Shown: positions 44,110 through 56,074, counted from the first letter of the stretch. The stretch is DNA of 64,000 bases from an uncultured Methanomicrobiales archaeon (GCA_963758915.1 CAVWXH010000007.1:49813-113812), one strand, 5' to 3'. Notes: generated from the letters alone by a model not told the origin. Made by a program: numbers and translations.

Positions 44110-45201
44110 TCACTTCAGGAAGTCTATCTCAAATTGCTTCTGGACTTTTGGGTTATTTTTTTCATTCCTTCCATATATTTGTGGTGACCGTACACCGGTA
44201 ACGACAAGGAGGGTGCGCATCTTGTTCTGCATATCCGGATCGACCTGTGCGCCCCAGATAATCCTTGCATTCGGGTCAATGCGGTTGTAAACTTCCTGCA
44301 CGGCCCCCTCGGCCTCGGCCATCGTCATGTCCGGACCGCCGATGACATTGACAAGCGCGGCGTTTGCTCCTGAGATATCAACGTCAAGCAATGGTGACCG
44401 TATTGCCTTTTTTACCGAGTCTGCAGCCTTATCTTCGCTGTCACTTTCACCCATTCCGATCATGGCAACACCCCCGCGCTCCATAACCGTGCGCACATCG
44501 GCAAAATCAAGGTTTACGAGTCCCGGCATCGTGATCAATTCTGTGATCCCTTTAACTGCCCTCATCAGGACTTCATCGGCGACTTTGAATGCAGCATAGA
44601 GCGGAAGTTTCGGGACAACCTCAAGCAGGCGGTCGTTTGGGACGACAATAACGGTGTCTGCCACATCACGGAGCCGCTCAAGTCCTGCCTCGGCATTCTC
44701 CATCCTGATTGCACCTTCGGCAGTGAAGGGAAGGGTTACCACTGCTATGGTGAGGGCGCCTTCCTCACGTGCTGCCTTAGCAACAATAGGTGCGCAACCG
44801 GTCCCGGTCCCGCCACCAAGACCAACCGTGAGGAAGACCATGTCGCACCCGGCAACGGCACTCTTGAGTTCCTGTTCGTTTTCGAGCGCAGCTTCCTCGC
44901 CGATCTGTGGGATTGAGCCCGCCCCGAGTCCACGGGTCCGTTGTCGTCCGATAAGGATCCTATGATCAGCTTTTGTCCTCGAAAGGTGCTGTGCATCGGT
45001 ATTGATTGCATACAGGCGGGCGCCATGGATCCCCTCCTCCATCATACGGCTGATTGTATTTGAGCCGCCGCCTCCACAACCGATAACCGCTATCTCTGTC
45101 CGTAACCCCTCCAGAATCTGGTCAAGTTCTGAATCGTTCTTTGAGACATCAAGTGTGTCATCCCTCACTTTAGTCAGTGCCTCTTCTACGATAGACCTCA
45201 T
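44110..45201 (-). CDS. ftsZ: Cell division protein FtsZ (FtsZ1-type)
   Basis: [24 protein letters not shown]. Confidence 0.97.
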   Translation of the reverse strand: MRSIVEEALTKVRDDTLDVSKNDSELDQILEGLRTEIAVIGCGGGGSNTISRMMEEGIHGARLYAINTDAQHLSRTKADHRILIGRQRTRGLGAGSIPQIGEEAALENEQELKSAVAGCDMVFLTVGLGGGTGTGCAPIVAKAAREEGALTIAVVTLPFTAEGAIRMENAEAGLERLRDVADTVIVVPNDRLLEVVPKLPLYAAFKVADEVLMRAVKGITELITMPGLVNLDFADVRTVMERGGVAMIGMGESDSEDKAADSVKKAIRSPLLDVDISGANAALVNVIGGPDMTMAEAEGAVQEVYNRIDPNARIIWGAQVDPDMQNKMRTLLVVTGVRSPQIYGRNEKNNPKVQKQFEIDFLK

Positions 45202-46523
45202 GTATACCTCTCCAACCCCGGGATGTGGATATCTTTCCTGCCGGAGACCCGGACCATATCGGGTGTAATTACCCTGTTCCCGACATGCACTGCTTCCCCC
45301 TTCATAAGCAGGCCAAACAAAGGACCCGTTGGAACACCGAGTTCGCGCGCCTTCCCGGGGTCCAATTTCTTTTTAAGGATTATCAGGTGATCGCCCTCAA
45401 TTTCAGTCTCTTCGTTAATAATAATGATTGATACGCATAAGGTTATTAAATCATGTAGTTTTGTTTCCTTCTGGTCCTGCCCAGTGATGAATACCGGGAG
45501 GACGGGCGATTTTTTTGTTGAGAGGTGAGTTACCGGAATTTTCCGTAGCTCTTCAAGGAACCCAGATCCGCCTGCAGAAAGGGCCGCCGCGAGGAGCACC
45601 GGGCTGATCTCAATGGGGACCGGCTCCTCAACTGACTGGACCGAGTGGACATGGACCATTGCATGAGGGTCTATTGACAGAGCCAGTGACCTGATCCGTA
45701 GATAATCTTCCCATGCGAGTGTCCCGATACCGGTAAGGTCATGCTCAGCGAGCCTGATAAGGCCGGCTTCCTCCACCAGCCCCTCTATCCGGAACAGGCT
45801 TTGCCTGTCCAGGGCTTTCCTGTCTATGTATGCCGCCACCGCATTGCTTTGTGCTGCCATCAGGCTGACCATTTCCTTCGTTATCGTCCCTATCTCCCGC
45901 GTATGTGCAATGTGACCAAACGCCCCCTGTGTTGAAAGGGCTATTTCAGTCTGTCGCCGGGCATAATGTGTCCCGCCAAACCCGATGAGAGGGATCGCCG
46001 GCCCGGGTTCCGCGAGGAGCACGCTCTCGGCAACCGCCAGGCCTGCCTTTTCATCAGACCATTCCTTTTCTGTGCTCCCGATTTCGACAAAAAATGACGG
46101 GTGACTAAGTTCGGTAGGTCCATGATGCGTCACTTCGTAACAGGCACCATACCCCGGTGGTGCACGCTCTTTTAAGTTCATGAGCACCGCCTGCATCCAG
46201 GCCGGGGCTGCCGGTGCCAGGGATCCCGGTTTTCCACCGAGATCAGCATTCCCAAGGTTTCCCGTTACATGAACGGTGAGTACCGGGGCCGGATGAACGG
46301 ACGCATGGCGGGAGAGGAAAATTACCAGGTCTGTATCAATAGTGCGGTCGATCCCATCCTCGAAAATCAGGCGCCCCTCAACTTCGACATGGGAGTACAG
46401 GTGTTGCCGTGATTTGGTACCCGGATATTCCCCGGGAAATCCGTATTCCAGGAGTTCGTGGATGTGCCGGTGGATGTTCCGGCCGGCAGGGTCCGCCCGT
46501 GAACTGATCAGGGTGATCTTCAA
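45198..46523 (-). CDS. dtdA: D-aminoacyl-tRNA deacylase (archaeal DTD2) with C-terminal extension
   Basis: [35 protein letters not shown]; TTG start. Confidence 0.9.
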   Translation of the reverse strand: MKITLISSRADPAGRNIHRHIHELLEYGFPGEYPGTKSRQHLYSHVEVEGRLIFEDGIDRTIDTDLVIFLSRHASVHPAPVLTVHVTGNLGNADLGGKPGSLAPAAPAWMQAVLMNLKERAPPGYGACYEVTHHGPTELSHPSFFVEIGSTEKEWSDEKAGLAVAESVLLAEPGPAIPLIGFGGTHYARRQTEIALSTQGAFGHIAHTREIGTITKEMVSLMAAQSNAVAAYIDRKALDRQSLFRIEGLVEEAGLIRLAEHDLTGIGTLAWEDYLRIRSLALSIDPHAMVHVHSVQSVEEPVPIEISPVLLAAALSAGGSGFLEELRKIPVTHLSTKKSPVLPVFITGQDQKETKLHDLITLCVSIIIINEETEIEGDHLIILKKKLDPGKARELGVPTGPLFGLLMKGEAVHVGNRVITPDMVRVSGRKDIHIPGLERYT

Positions 46524-46618
46524 GGTGTGGTGTTCCTCCTTCAGAGTGGTTGACTATATCGGATCCAGTTAACAATAACCGTAAACCCTATGTAATTGTA
46601 CATATACCATTGTTCGTT

Positions 46619-46795
46619 ATGGAAGAAGATAAGATTAGTTCAGCATTTGAAAAAGAAGGTATAGGTAGCGAGATCCAGTGCCCACAGGCCTTTTCGATTG
46701 CAGAAAAATACAACATAAAAAAGGGTGAGATTGCGGCGTATTGCAATACGCACGGTGTTAAGATCAGGAGTTGTCAGCTGGGCTGCTTCAAATGA
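46619..46795 (+). CDS. Small 4-Cys hypothetical protein coupled to moeA
   Basis: CPQAF.IA...YCN..G.KI..CQLGCF; ATGA overlap with moeA start. Confidence 0.75.
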   Translation: MEEDKISSAFEKEGIGSEIQCPQAFSIAEKYNIKKGEIAAYCNTHGVKIRSCQLGCFK

Positions 46796-48001
46796 GTATC
46801 TTTCTCGAAACTGTCCTCGTCGAAGAGGCAATCACAAGTATAACAGCAATTGCACCCGTACCAGGGACAGAACTGGTCCCGCTTGAATCCGTATCAGGAA
46901 GAGTCCTTTCCGAAGATATCAGGGCCGATATTGATATACCGGGGTTTGACCGTTCAGTTGTCGACGGGTACGCTGTGAAGTCTGCCGATACGTGCGGGGC
47001 AGGGGAGGCAGTCCCTTCAATGCTCAGGCTGGCAGGAAGGATGATCATGGGTGAACAGGCCGCCAGTCATCCGGATCCCAAAGGCACGTGTGTCTATGTC
47101 CCTACCGGTGGCGAGCTGCCAAAGGGGTTCGATGCGGTCGCGATGATTGAATATTGCGAACTGATCGGTGATTTGGTGCTTGTGAAACGGCCCCTTGCAA
47201 ATGGTGAGAATATTGTCCTGTGCGGAGAGGACTTCCATGCCGGTGAAATAGTACTGAAAACCGGGTGCCGTCTCGGGCCACGGGAGACCGGGGTCCTTGC
47301 GGCAGTTGGCTGCGATATGGTACCGGTGTACCGGGTCCCGCGGATCGGTATTGTATCCACGGGAAACGAGCTGGTCCCGGTGACCGAAGTCCCGACCGGC
47401 AGCAGGGTCCGGGATATTAACAGCTATCTCTGTAGTTCATACGTGAAAGAGCTCGGGTGCGAACCCGTACTCTACGGGATTGTCCCCGATGAACGGGGAG
47501 CGTTTCGGGAAGCGCTTGAGAATGCACTTGCCGGATGTAACGCGGTCCTGATATCTGGCGGTAGTTCAAAAGATGAACGGGATATGACCGCATCAGTGAT
47601 ACAGGAATGTGGGGAAGTCCTTGTCCACGGGATTGCAATTGCCCCCGGAAAACCGACGATTATCGGAAAGGTCGGGGAAGTCCCTGTAATCGGCCTTCCT
47701 GGCCATCCTGCCTCAGCGTTTGTCGTCCTTAAGGTGGTGGTCCGGCACCTCCTGAACAGGATGACCGGTGACAAGTCAGCGGACCCCGCAGTAATGAAAT
47801 ACACAGCCCTTGAAAATATCCCGTCAATGAAAGGACGCGAGGAATATGTCCGGGTCATGGTGACAGGCCACGGGGTGGTCCCCCTGTTTGGAAAGTCAGG
47901 CCTTACTGAATACCCTTGTCAGGAGCAACGGGCTGGTCAGGGTCCCCGCGGGCAGCGAGGGGGTCGAGGAAGGGGACCTGGTGGAGGTAATTTTATGGTA
48001 A
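46792..48001 (+). CDS. moeA: Molybdopterin molybdotransferase MoeA (frame break near 47902)
   Basis: FDRS.VDGYA, STGNEL, SGGSS...RD, PGKP, LPGHP; corrected end [11 protein letters not shown]...EVILW* at 48001. Confidence 0.88.
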
Positions 48002-49852
48002 CACGCTACCTGAAACTCATTACACTTGAAGAAGCACGTTCCCTGATACGGACGTCATTTCCCCATACGATTAGTCATACAAGTATTCCACTCGAGGAAG
48101 GAGCAGGCCGGGTAACGGCAAAACCAATATTTGCGAAGTATTCAGTCCCGGAAGTTCACCTTTCAGCGATGGACGGGATTGCTGTCCGGAGCATCGATAC
48201 CCACACGGCGAGCGAACAGCACCCCGTTGTCCTGAATGATTTCAGACGGGTAAATACCGGGAATGTTGTCCCGGCCCCGTATGATGCCGTGGTCATGATC
48301 GAGGATGTCACGATCGATGGCGATCGGTTTACCATCCGTAAGGCCGCAGCACCATGGCAGCATGTCCGTCCTGCAGGAGAAGATATCGCTGAATCAGAAA
48401 TGGTACATCCCGTCGATGCACCGGGTCCGGCCCCATGAAATCGGGGCGCTTGCTGCATACGGGGTGACCACTATTGATGTGGTATCCCTTCGAGCCGGGC
48501 TTATACCCACGGGGAGCGAGCTTGTCTTTCATGGTGCACGTCCTGCACCTGGTCAGGTCGTGGAGAGTAACACGGTGATGGCCGCTGCCTGGCTTGAAAC
48601 CATGGGGATCACATGCAACCGCTATCCGATTACATCCGATGAACCGGACCGGATACGGCAGATGATTGAACGCGGGGTGGAAGAGAACGACCTGGTCATT
48701 GTATCAGCCGGTTCATCAGCCGGTACACATGATTTTACCGCACAGATCATAAGGGAGATGGGAGTGCTCCTCGCCCATGGCGTGGCAATCAAACCCGGTA
48801 AACCCGTGATCATAGGGAAAGTTGAAGGGATCCCGGTCATTGGTATGCCCGGCTATCCCCTGTCTGCCCTCACGGTAATCCGTGAAATAATCATTCCACT
48901 GCTGACAAACTACGGGATCACGGTCCCGGCGAAAGAGACATTGAATGCCCGGTTATCAACGAGCCTTCATTCAGAGGTGGGTACCGATGAGTTCGTGTTG
49001 CTATCAGTCGGGAAAATCGGTGGGAATTACATTGCCACCCCCCAGTCACGCGGGGCTGGTGTACAGATGAGTGCGGTCCGGGCGAATGCATACCTGAGGG
49101 TACCGCGGAACCTGGAAGGTTACGAGGCCGGGTCAGAAGCACCGGTAACCCTGATGGTGACGCGGGGACAGGCAGATTCGGCGCTCCTTGTTACCGGAAG
49201 CCATGACCCGTCCATTGATTATCTCACCGATATGCTGCAGAAACGGGGGGTAGAAGTCCATTCCACGCATGCCGGCAGCATGGGAGGTCTGATGGCCCTC
49301 ATGAAAGGGGACTGCCATGCCGCACCGATGCACCTCCTCGGCGATTCCGGTGATTACAACACAGGGTACCTGGAGAAATATCTTCCTGGAATGGACCTTG
49401 TCATCCTGACTGTTGCCGGCAGGGAGCAGGGTATCGTCTCAAAGGATGGGACTGGTATTAACGACCTGAAAGGCCGGCAGTTCATCAACCGCCAGAAAGG
49501 GTCGGGGACCCGTATCCTGCTTGATTATGAACTGAAAAAACGTGGAATTGACCCGGTATCAATTCCAGGGTATGACCGGGAAGTTACCACGCATAGTGCC
49601 GTAGGGCTTGCAGTAAAAACCGGGGAGGCTGATGCAGGGATGTGCGTATATAGTGCAGCAAAAACTCTCGGGTTGAAATTTGTGCCGGTGAGTAATGAGC
49701 GGTACGAGATTGTTGTGCGGAAGGAACAACTTTCAGATCCACGAGTTTCCGCACTCTTTGAGACTGTATCATCGCCGGAATTCAGCGGGACTCTTGAACG
49801 TCTCGGGGGGTATGACACGCGAGAGACCGGTCACCAGCGCCAACTGCCCTGA
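47995..49852 (+). CDS. moeA: MoeA fused to periplasmic-binding-type (PBP) domain (frame break near 48406)
   Basis: MVTRYL start; SAMDGIAV, PTGSEL, AGSSAG..D, PGYP; PBP domain GSHD, GSMGGL, FINRQ.GSGTR. Confidence 0.88.
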
Positions 49853-50267
49853 TAACTGCGTCATCCGGGGTGTCGCAGGCAACTACCCCCGGGATCTCCC
49901 ATGTGTGGTACCCGAATACCGGCTTTCCCATTTTTAATGCGGCGGCAATCTCCGAAAGAGTCCCATGAGAACCGCCAATTGCTATCACGGCATCAGCAGA
50001 CTGGACAAGTATGATATTCCTTGCATGTCCCATTCCAGTCCTGATTACAATTCCTACATGGTGGTTCTCGCCCGATATTCCGGGAATAATCCCCACGGTT
50101 GTACCTCCCTGGGCATGTGCCCCCTTTGCTGATGCCTCCATAACCCCGCCAAGCCCTCCACAACAGAGGATGGCATGGTGTTCTGCGAGCAGTCCGCCAA
50201 CCCGTTCTGCTACCTTATACTCTTCTTCAGTGCAGTCCCCAGCGCCTATTACCGCAACCTGCCTCAT
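49782..50267 (-). CDS. TIGR00725/LOG-family nucleotide-binding protein
   Basis: VAVIG, GGLGGVMEA..KGA, TGMGHARN, GGSHGTLSEI. Confidence 0.85.
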   Translation of the reverse strand: MRQVAVIGAGDCTEEEYKVAERVGGLLAEHHAILCCGGLGGVMEASAKGAHAQGGTTVGIIPGISGENHHVGIVIRTGMGHARNIILVQSADAVIAIGGSHGTLSEIAAALKMGKPVFGYHTWEIPGVVACDTPDDAVIRAVGAGDRSLACHTPRDVQESR

Positions 50268-50268
50268 G

Positions 50269-51702
50269 CTAACCGGTGCCACCATCCCTGTTGATTACCA
50301 GCAGCCGCAGTTCGGTCATCTCTTCAATTGCATATCTTGGACCTTCGCGCCCGGTTCCCGAACCCCTGACCCCCCCGTAAGGCATATGGTCCACCCGGAA
50401 TGACGGGATATCATTAATGATAACCCCTCCTACATTCATCTCTTCGAATGCCCGCATTACCCGGTTGATGTTCTGGGTGAATATTCCAACCTGGAGCCCG
50501 AAATCGCTTGAATTTGCGAGATGTACCGCATCATCAAATTCATCATACGGGGTAACGGAAATCACCGGCGCAAATACTTCCTCCGTGTTTACCCGCATAC
50601 CAGGTGTCGTATGTTCAAGAATGGTGGGTGCAAAAAGACCACCTTCGCAGGTGCCCCCGAGAAGGACACCTGCACCCTGGCCTACTGCTTCCTGTACTTT
50701 CCTGGAGGCCTCCCCTGCTTTTACCTGGTCAATCATCGGGCCCACATCGGTTGCAGGGTCCCGTGGGTCGCCCGTTCTCAATGACCCGGCAGCTGTCAGT
50801 ATTTTAGCTACCGTCTCCTTATACACCGGGCGATGAATCAGGACCCGTTGCACAGAGATGCAGATCTGGCCTGCATTCAGAAATCCACCTGTTGCAATCC
50901 TCGATGCGGCGAAGTCGAGGTTTGCATCCTCGTGGACGATAACAGCAGCATTCCCTCCAAGCTCAAGCCCGACCCTTTTACGGCCGGCAATCTCTTTTAG
51001 GTGCCAGCCGACTGTGCAGCTCCCGGTAAATGAAAGGAAAGCGATTCTCGGGTCGCGTACCATCATTTCTGCCCGCTCCCCAGGGCACGGTACGACACTG
51101 ATCGCGTCAGCAGGTGCCCCGGCAGCGAGCGCCATCTCGCCAAGCAGGAGACTTGATACCGGGGTTGCTGATGCAGGCTTCAGGATTATGGAATTTCCCG
51201 CTGCAATGGCCGGAGCAAGCTTATGGCAGGCAAGGTTCAGGGGAAAATTAAACGGGACTATCCCGAGCACCGGGCCGACCGGGAACCGCATGAGGTAACC
51301 GGTGCGGTGTCTGGTTTCGTCGGTCCAGTCGAGGGGAAGAATTTCACCATATATTCTCCTTGCTTCCTCGGCAGATGTCCGGACTGTCATTTCAGCCCGG
51401 GCGACCTCGGCTGTTGCAAATTTTTTCGTCTTACCTCCTTCCATCACCATCGCGTGGACAAGGTCATCTGCACGCCGATGGATCTCATCAGCCAGCCTGT
51501 CGAGAATTTTTGAACGTTCTGATGATGAGAGTTTTCTCATCTTTTCAAAGCCGGTTACCGCAGAAGCGAGTGCATCTTCAAGATCGGAAGCGCGGGCCTG
51601 GCATACCCGGGCATATACTTCTCCGGTGTAGGGAAACCGCACATCTGCTATTTCATCCGTTCCTCTTGTTTTTCCTCCGATAAGAACAGGGTACGTATCC
51701 AT
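50269..51702 (-). CDS. NAD(P)-dependent aldehyde dehydrogenase
   Basis: PFNFP, KPAS, FTGS, LELGGN, GQICIS, EEVFAP, PYGG. Confidence 0.93.
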   Translation of the reverse strand: MDTYPVLIGGKTRGTDEIADVRFPYTGEVYARVCQARASDLEDALASAVTGFEKMRKLSSSERSKILDRLADEIHRRADDLVHAMVMEGGKTKKFATAEVARAEMTVRTSAEEARRIYGEILPLDWTDETRHRTGYLMRFPVGPVLGIVPFNFPLNLACHKLAPAIAAGNSIILKPASATPVSSLLLGEMALAAGAPADAISVVPCPGERAEMMVRDPRIAFLSFTGSCTVGWHLKEIAGRKRVGLELGGNAAVIVHEDANLDFAASRIATGGFLNAGQICISVQRVLIHRPVYKETVAKILTAAGSLRTGDPRDPATDVGPMIDQVKAGEASRKVQEAVGQGAGVLLGGTCEGGLFAPTILEHTTPGMRVNTEEVFAPVISVTPYDEFDDAVHLANSSDFGLQVGIFTQNINRVMRAFEEMNVGGVIINDIPSFRVDHMPYGGVRGSGTGREGPRYAIEEMTELRLLVINRDGGTG

Positions 51703-52097
51703 GATCTACCAATCCTTGGTTTATCGTGCGACACCGCAACCACCGGGTTTTTCCTTACCCGGTGGATGCGTGTAGCATGTTTCCTATATGTGCATCCGAT
51801 AGGATCCATAAAGAACCCACAGATCTGATCCTGGAATACCGGTCCGGCTCTTGTCCACCGTAAGGATGCTGTTTCTGTGACTGCTCTCTTCCCGCACCTT
51901 CAGGTGGGTTATAGTCCATATCAGTCTGTCAATTTCCCTGTACTGCGCCTCTTCATCAGGAATATCAGAGATCTGCACCGGTACTTTTTATGAGTGATGC
52001 CACCCGTGTTGAAAAACTACTTTGTGCTGAAGGGTGAATAGTTTAGAATATTCTCCTTGCTTCACCGCCAGCTGAGGAGACGTTTGAGGGATGAAGG

Positions 52098-55000
52098 TTG
52101 AAGGAAGTAACCAGCAGTTATAATGCCCACGAGATTGAGGTGTCCGTCCAGCAACGCTGGCATGATGAAGATACCTTTGCCAAGGTGCAGTCGCTCCATG
52201 CACAGGAACCACCGTTTTTCTTTGTTGACGGCCCGCCCTATACCACCGGCCATATTCACCTCGGTACTGCGTGGAACAAGATCTTAAAAGACAGCCTGCT
52301 CCGCTATCACCGGATGTGCGGGAGACATGTGATCGCAAGGGCAGGGTATGATATGCACGGGCTCCCGATCGAGGTCAGGGTAGAGCAGCAGCTTGGATTC
52401 TCCTCCAAGAAAGATATCGAGACTTTCGGGATTGAGAAGTTTATCGACCATTGCCGCGATTTTGCCCTGAAAAACAAGGATGTCATGAGCGGGCAGTTTA
52501 AGAAATTAGGTGTGTGGCTGGACTTTGATAACCCCTACCAGACGATCCAGCCGGAATATATCGAAGCTGCATGGTGGACAATCCAGAGGGCCTCTGAACG
52601 TGGGATGCTCGAACGGGGATTCCGCGTCGTGAACTGGTGCCCCAGGTGCGCGACGGCAATCGCTGATGCAGAAGTCGAATACTGGGAGGAGACTGACCCT
52701 TCAATCTTCGTTAAGTTTCCTTTGGCGGGAAAATCCGGGGAATCATTCGTAATATGGACCACGACCCCGTGGACACTCCCCGCCAATGTCGCTGTAGCGG
52801 TCAGCCCCGACCTTGTCTACGCCCGAGTAAAAGCAGTGAAGGGTGAAACCGAAGAAATACTCTGGATTGCATCGGAACTGGTGGAACCCGTCCTTAAGAA
52901 AGGGAAGTACCAGGACTATACCGTTATTGAAGAAAAACCAGGGAGAGACCTTGTCGGGATGACCTACCACTCACCACTCGCAGAGCAGGTGCCCATCCAG
53001 AAAGAGATGGTGCACCGGGTTGTAGCAGCGGATTTTGTAGCCAGAGAGAACACCGGGTTTGTCCACATCGCCCCGGGGCACGGTTGGGATGATTACCTGC
53101 TTGGCCAGAAGGAGGGGCTTGCCATTATCTGCCCCGTTGACGCTACCGGGCACTTCACGCAGGAGGGCGGTGCATTTGAATGCATGTTTGTGAAGGACGC
53201 CGATGATGTCGTCCTCACAGAACTAGGGGATTATCTCCTTGGAAGGGGCAGGGTCACCCACCGGTACGGACACTGCTGGAGGTGCAAGACCCCGATCATT
53301 TTCCGTGCAACTTCGCAATGGTTCTTAAAGGCATCTGCAATGAAGGAACGGATGCTCGAAGAGGTTGCCATCGTTAAATGGTACCCCGAATGGGCAGGGA
53401 GTGCCCGCTTCTATGACTGGATTAAGGAGGCCCGTGACTGGTGTATTTCCCGCCAGCGGTACTGGGGTATCCCTATTCCGATCTGGGAGTGTGGAAAATG
53501 TAATCATATCCGTGTCTTTGGTACTATAACGGAGCTCGAGGGCGCAAGCGGGACTCCCTTACCTGACCCGCACCGGCCGCATGTGGACAAGGTGACCGTG
53601 CCGTGCAGTTGTGGCGGGACGATGCACCGCGTGGAAGATATCTTTGATGTCTGGTTTGATTCTGCCGTTGCATCCTGGGCGACCCTCAGGTATCCGGGCG
53701 AAAAAGAAGCGTTCGACCAGTTATGGCCGGCGGATTTTATTGCCGAAGGCCAGGACCAGACACGTGGCTGGTTCTATTCGCAACTGGGCGCGAGGACGAT
53801 TGCGTTCGACTGTTCACCCTACAAAAGTGTCCTTATGCATGGCTTTGCACTCGATGCAGAAGGCCGTAAAATGAGTAAAAGTCTTGGTAACGTGGTGACA
53901 CCGGAAGAAGTTGTTGCAACGCAGGGTGTGGACGTTTTGAGGTTGTATGTCCTTTCTGCAAGTGCACCATGGGACGACCTGAAATTCAACTGGGAAGGTA
54001 TCAGGACGGTAAACAGGACGATGAATATCTTCTGGAATGTGTACCGGTTCCCGTTACCCTACATGATCCTCGATCACTGGCAACCCTGCAACAAGGGTGG
54101 CCGCTGGGATGACACCTATGTGAAAGAACATGTTACCCGGATGCCAGACGAGGACCGTTGGATTATCTCCCGTATTAACAGCCTTGGACTCCAGATCAAC
54201 GAGGCGGTTGGTGAGTGCCAGCTCCACAAGGTCACAAGGGGACTGATGTCGTTTATCCTTGATGACCTGTCCCGGTGGTACATTCAGCTGGTCAGGCCAA
54301 GACTCTGGCTTGAAGAAGAATCAGAAGAGAAGCAGTACGCCTACGAGACGATGTACTATGTAATGCGGCAGCTTGTGACACTTCTTGCACCCTTCACCCC
54401 GCATATTACTGAGGTGATGTATGACAATATCCGGCTCCCGGGTGATCCTGTCAGTGTCCATATGCTCCCGTGGTTCACAAGTGATCCAGGTCTCATCGAC
54501 TCCGGGATCGAGTCTGGCATGAGTATTGTCCAGTCCTTTGATGAAGCACAGGCAAATGCCCGGCAGTCCGGAAAAAGAAAGCTCCGCTGGCCGGTGTCTG
54601 AATGTGTTATCGCCACTACCTCACCTGATACCAGGGCTGCAATAGAACAATTAAATGTTCTCTGTTGCGACCGTGGGAACGCGAAGCGGGTCCGGGTTGT
54701 TGAAGGGGCTTATGACCGGATCTCATGGAAAGCAGAACCGGTTATGAAGGCCCTTGGCCCGGCTTTTGGCAGGGATGCGCCGAAGGTGAAGGACCTTATC
54801 CTCTCTGCTGATGGTAACAGGGTCAGGGAAACGGTTCTTGCCGGTAAGATGTATACACTCGTCGCCGGGGATGACTGCTTCGAGATTGGGAGCGATCATG
54901 TTACATTCGTCGAAGGCCTGCCGGAATCGGTTTTCTCTGCGCCGATGCAGGACGCAACGGTATATGTCGATACATCGCTGACCCCGGAACTTGAGGCTGA

Positions 55001-55286
55001 GGGGAACGCAAGAGAGGTTATCCGCCGTGTACAGGAGATGCGTCGCCAGCTTGACCTCAATGTTGAGGATTTCATATCAGCATACGTGATAATCAACGAC
55101 TCCCGCATTCATGGACTCGTCGGTTCGCAGTGGAAAGAAGGGATCATGGAAGAAGTCCGGGCAAAACAGCTGATGATGCCGGGGAATGGATCAGTAGCCC
55201 CTGATGGTAGATGGGATCTTGAAAAAGACTGGGATATCGAGGGACTTTCGGTCAGGATCGGGATATCAGGGTTCCATGATCAGTGA
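52098..55286 (+). CDS. ileS: Isoleucine--tRNA ligase
   Basis: DGPPY..G.IHLG, WTTTPWT, WCISRQRYWG, EGQDQTRGWF, KMSKS; TTG start. Confidence 0.96.
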   Translation: MKEVTSSYNAHEIEVSVQQRWHDEDTFAKVQSLHAQEPPFFFVDGPPYTTGHIHLGTAWNKILKDSLLRYHRMCGRHVIARAGYDMHGLPIEVRVEQQLGFSSKKDIETFGIEKFIDHCRDFALKNKDVMSGQFKKLGVWLDFDNPYQTIQPEYIEAAWWTIQRASERGMLERGFRVVNWCPRCATAIADAEVEYWEETDPSIFVKFPLAGKSGESFVIWTTTPWTLPANVAVAVSPDLVYARVKAVKGETEEILWIASELVEPVLKKGKYQDYTVIEEKPGRDLVGMTYHSPLAEQVPIQKEMVHRVVAADFVARENTGFVHIAPGHGWDDYLLGQKEGLAIICPVDATGHFTQEGGAFECMFVKDADDVVLTELGDYLLGRGRVTHRYGHCWRCKTPIIFRATSQWFLKASAMKERMLEEVAIVKWYPEWAGSARFYDWIKEARDWCISRQRYWGIPIPIWECGKCNHIRVFGTITELEGASGTPLPDPHRPHVDKVTVPCSCGGTMHRVEDIFDVWFDSAVASWATLRYPGEKEAFDQLWPADFIAEGQDQTRGWFYSQLGARTIAFDCSPYKSVLMHGFALDAEGRKMSKSLGNVVTPEEVVATQGVDVLRLYVLSASAPWDDLKFNWEGIRTVNRTMNIFWNVYRFPLPYMILDHWQPCNKGGRWDDTYVKEHVTRMPDEDRWIISRINSLGLQINEAVGECQLHKVTRGLMSFILDDLSRWYIQLVRPRLWLEEESEEKQYAYETMYYVMRQLVTLLAPFTPHITEVMYDNIRLPGDPVSVHMLPWFTSDPGLIDSGIESGMSIVQSFDEAQANARQSGKRKLRWPVSECVIATTSPDTRAAIEQLNVLCCDRGNAKRVRVVEGAYDRISWKAEPVMKALGPAFGRDAPKVKDLILSADGNRVRETVLAGKMYTLVAGDDCFEIGSDHVTFVEGLPESVFSAPMQDATVYVDTSLTPELEAEGNAREVIRRVQEMRRQLDLNVEDFISAYVIINDSRIHGLVGSQWKEGIMEEVRAKQLMMPGNGSVAPDGRWDLEKDWDIEGLSVRIGISGFHDQ

Positions 55287-55997
55287 ATCAAGGAATTTCC
55301 GGCCTTCCGGTGCATTAAAGAGCGGGAGTTCCTCATCGATGGTCACCGAACTCCGGAGTGTCTCTGCCGTTTCGTTGGTAATGGGATTGAACCCATGAAC
55401 CTTTTTTAACATTTTATAGACCATGGCGCCACGACGCTGCCATGCCGGTGTGGTTGCAAGGTTCACACCACGTGCGAACATCAGTTCGTGGAGCGCTTTT
55501 GATGGCATCCCAAGGAGTGTTCTCTGGGCATCCGTTGGTGTCATACCTTCGTTTATCAGCGTCGCCTGGCAATAGGCATTGATATGGTTTCGCCATGCCT
55601 CATGCTGCCGGTTTTTCAGGTAATCTGCCGCAAGTTCAGGAGTTACCTGGACGATCCTTGCATCAAATGCAACGGGACTTCCGGGATGAATATTCAGGGT
55701 GAGGGCACTGGCCGCATATGACGATGCGATGGAATCGATCTTCTCGACTCTCCCACGGAAGGGCACCGAGCTGAAGTACAGGCTGATCTCGTCTGAAAAT
55801 GTATAGGCAAAATCAGGGTTCAGTCCTGAGTGGGATACCAGGGACTCCGAGACGCTGACCATTGCCCGGTGGAAGGTTTCATCAAAAGGTTTCTCGAATG
55901 AAAGATGCGCAGCGAGCCTGTGGAACGCCCTTCCATCAATCCTTACAAAAATTGGTGGGACTGTGATGAGATTGCTGAACAGTTCCCGTTGTTTCAT
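55266..55997 (-). CDS. thg1: tRNA(His) guanylyltransferase Thg1-like protein
   Basis: VRIDGRAFH, YTFSDEIS, FDAR, RQ.EAWRN, P.WQRRG. Confidence 0.92.
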   Translation of the reverse strand: MKQRELFSNLITVPPIFVRIDGRAFHRLAAHLSFEKPFDETFHRAMVSVSESLVSHSGLNPDFAYTFSDEISLYFSSVPFRGRVEKIDSIASSYAASALTLNIHPGSPVAFDARIVQVTPELAADYLKNRQHEAWRNHINAYCQATLINEGMTPTDAQRTLLGMPSKALHELMFARGVNLATTPAWQRRGAMVYKMLKKVHGFNPITNETAETLRSSVTIDEELPLFNAPEGRKFLDSLIMEP

Positions 55998-56074
55998 GGC
56001 AGTTCGTCCGGATGAATTCCCGAAATTTTAGCGTGGTGTGATTTTTGGAAAATGGTCGGGATTATTGGAAAAAC

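Noticed and set aside
46771-48438. Apparent 555-aa MoeA-MoeA fusion ORF
   Set aside because: Artefact of a +1 error near 47902 reading into the second moeA frame; correction gives two normal genes
51784-51978. 64-aa minus-strand ORF between the ALDH gene and ileS
   Set aside because: GTG start without clear RBS and no recognisable domain; cannot be supported
55266-55997. Pyrrolysine-containing Thg1 as in Methanosarcina acetivorans
   Set aside because: ORF is uninterrupted with no in-frame TAG; the 21-bp convergent overlap with ileS is ordinary
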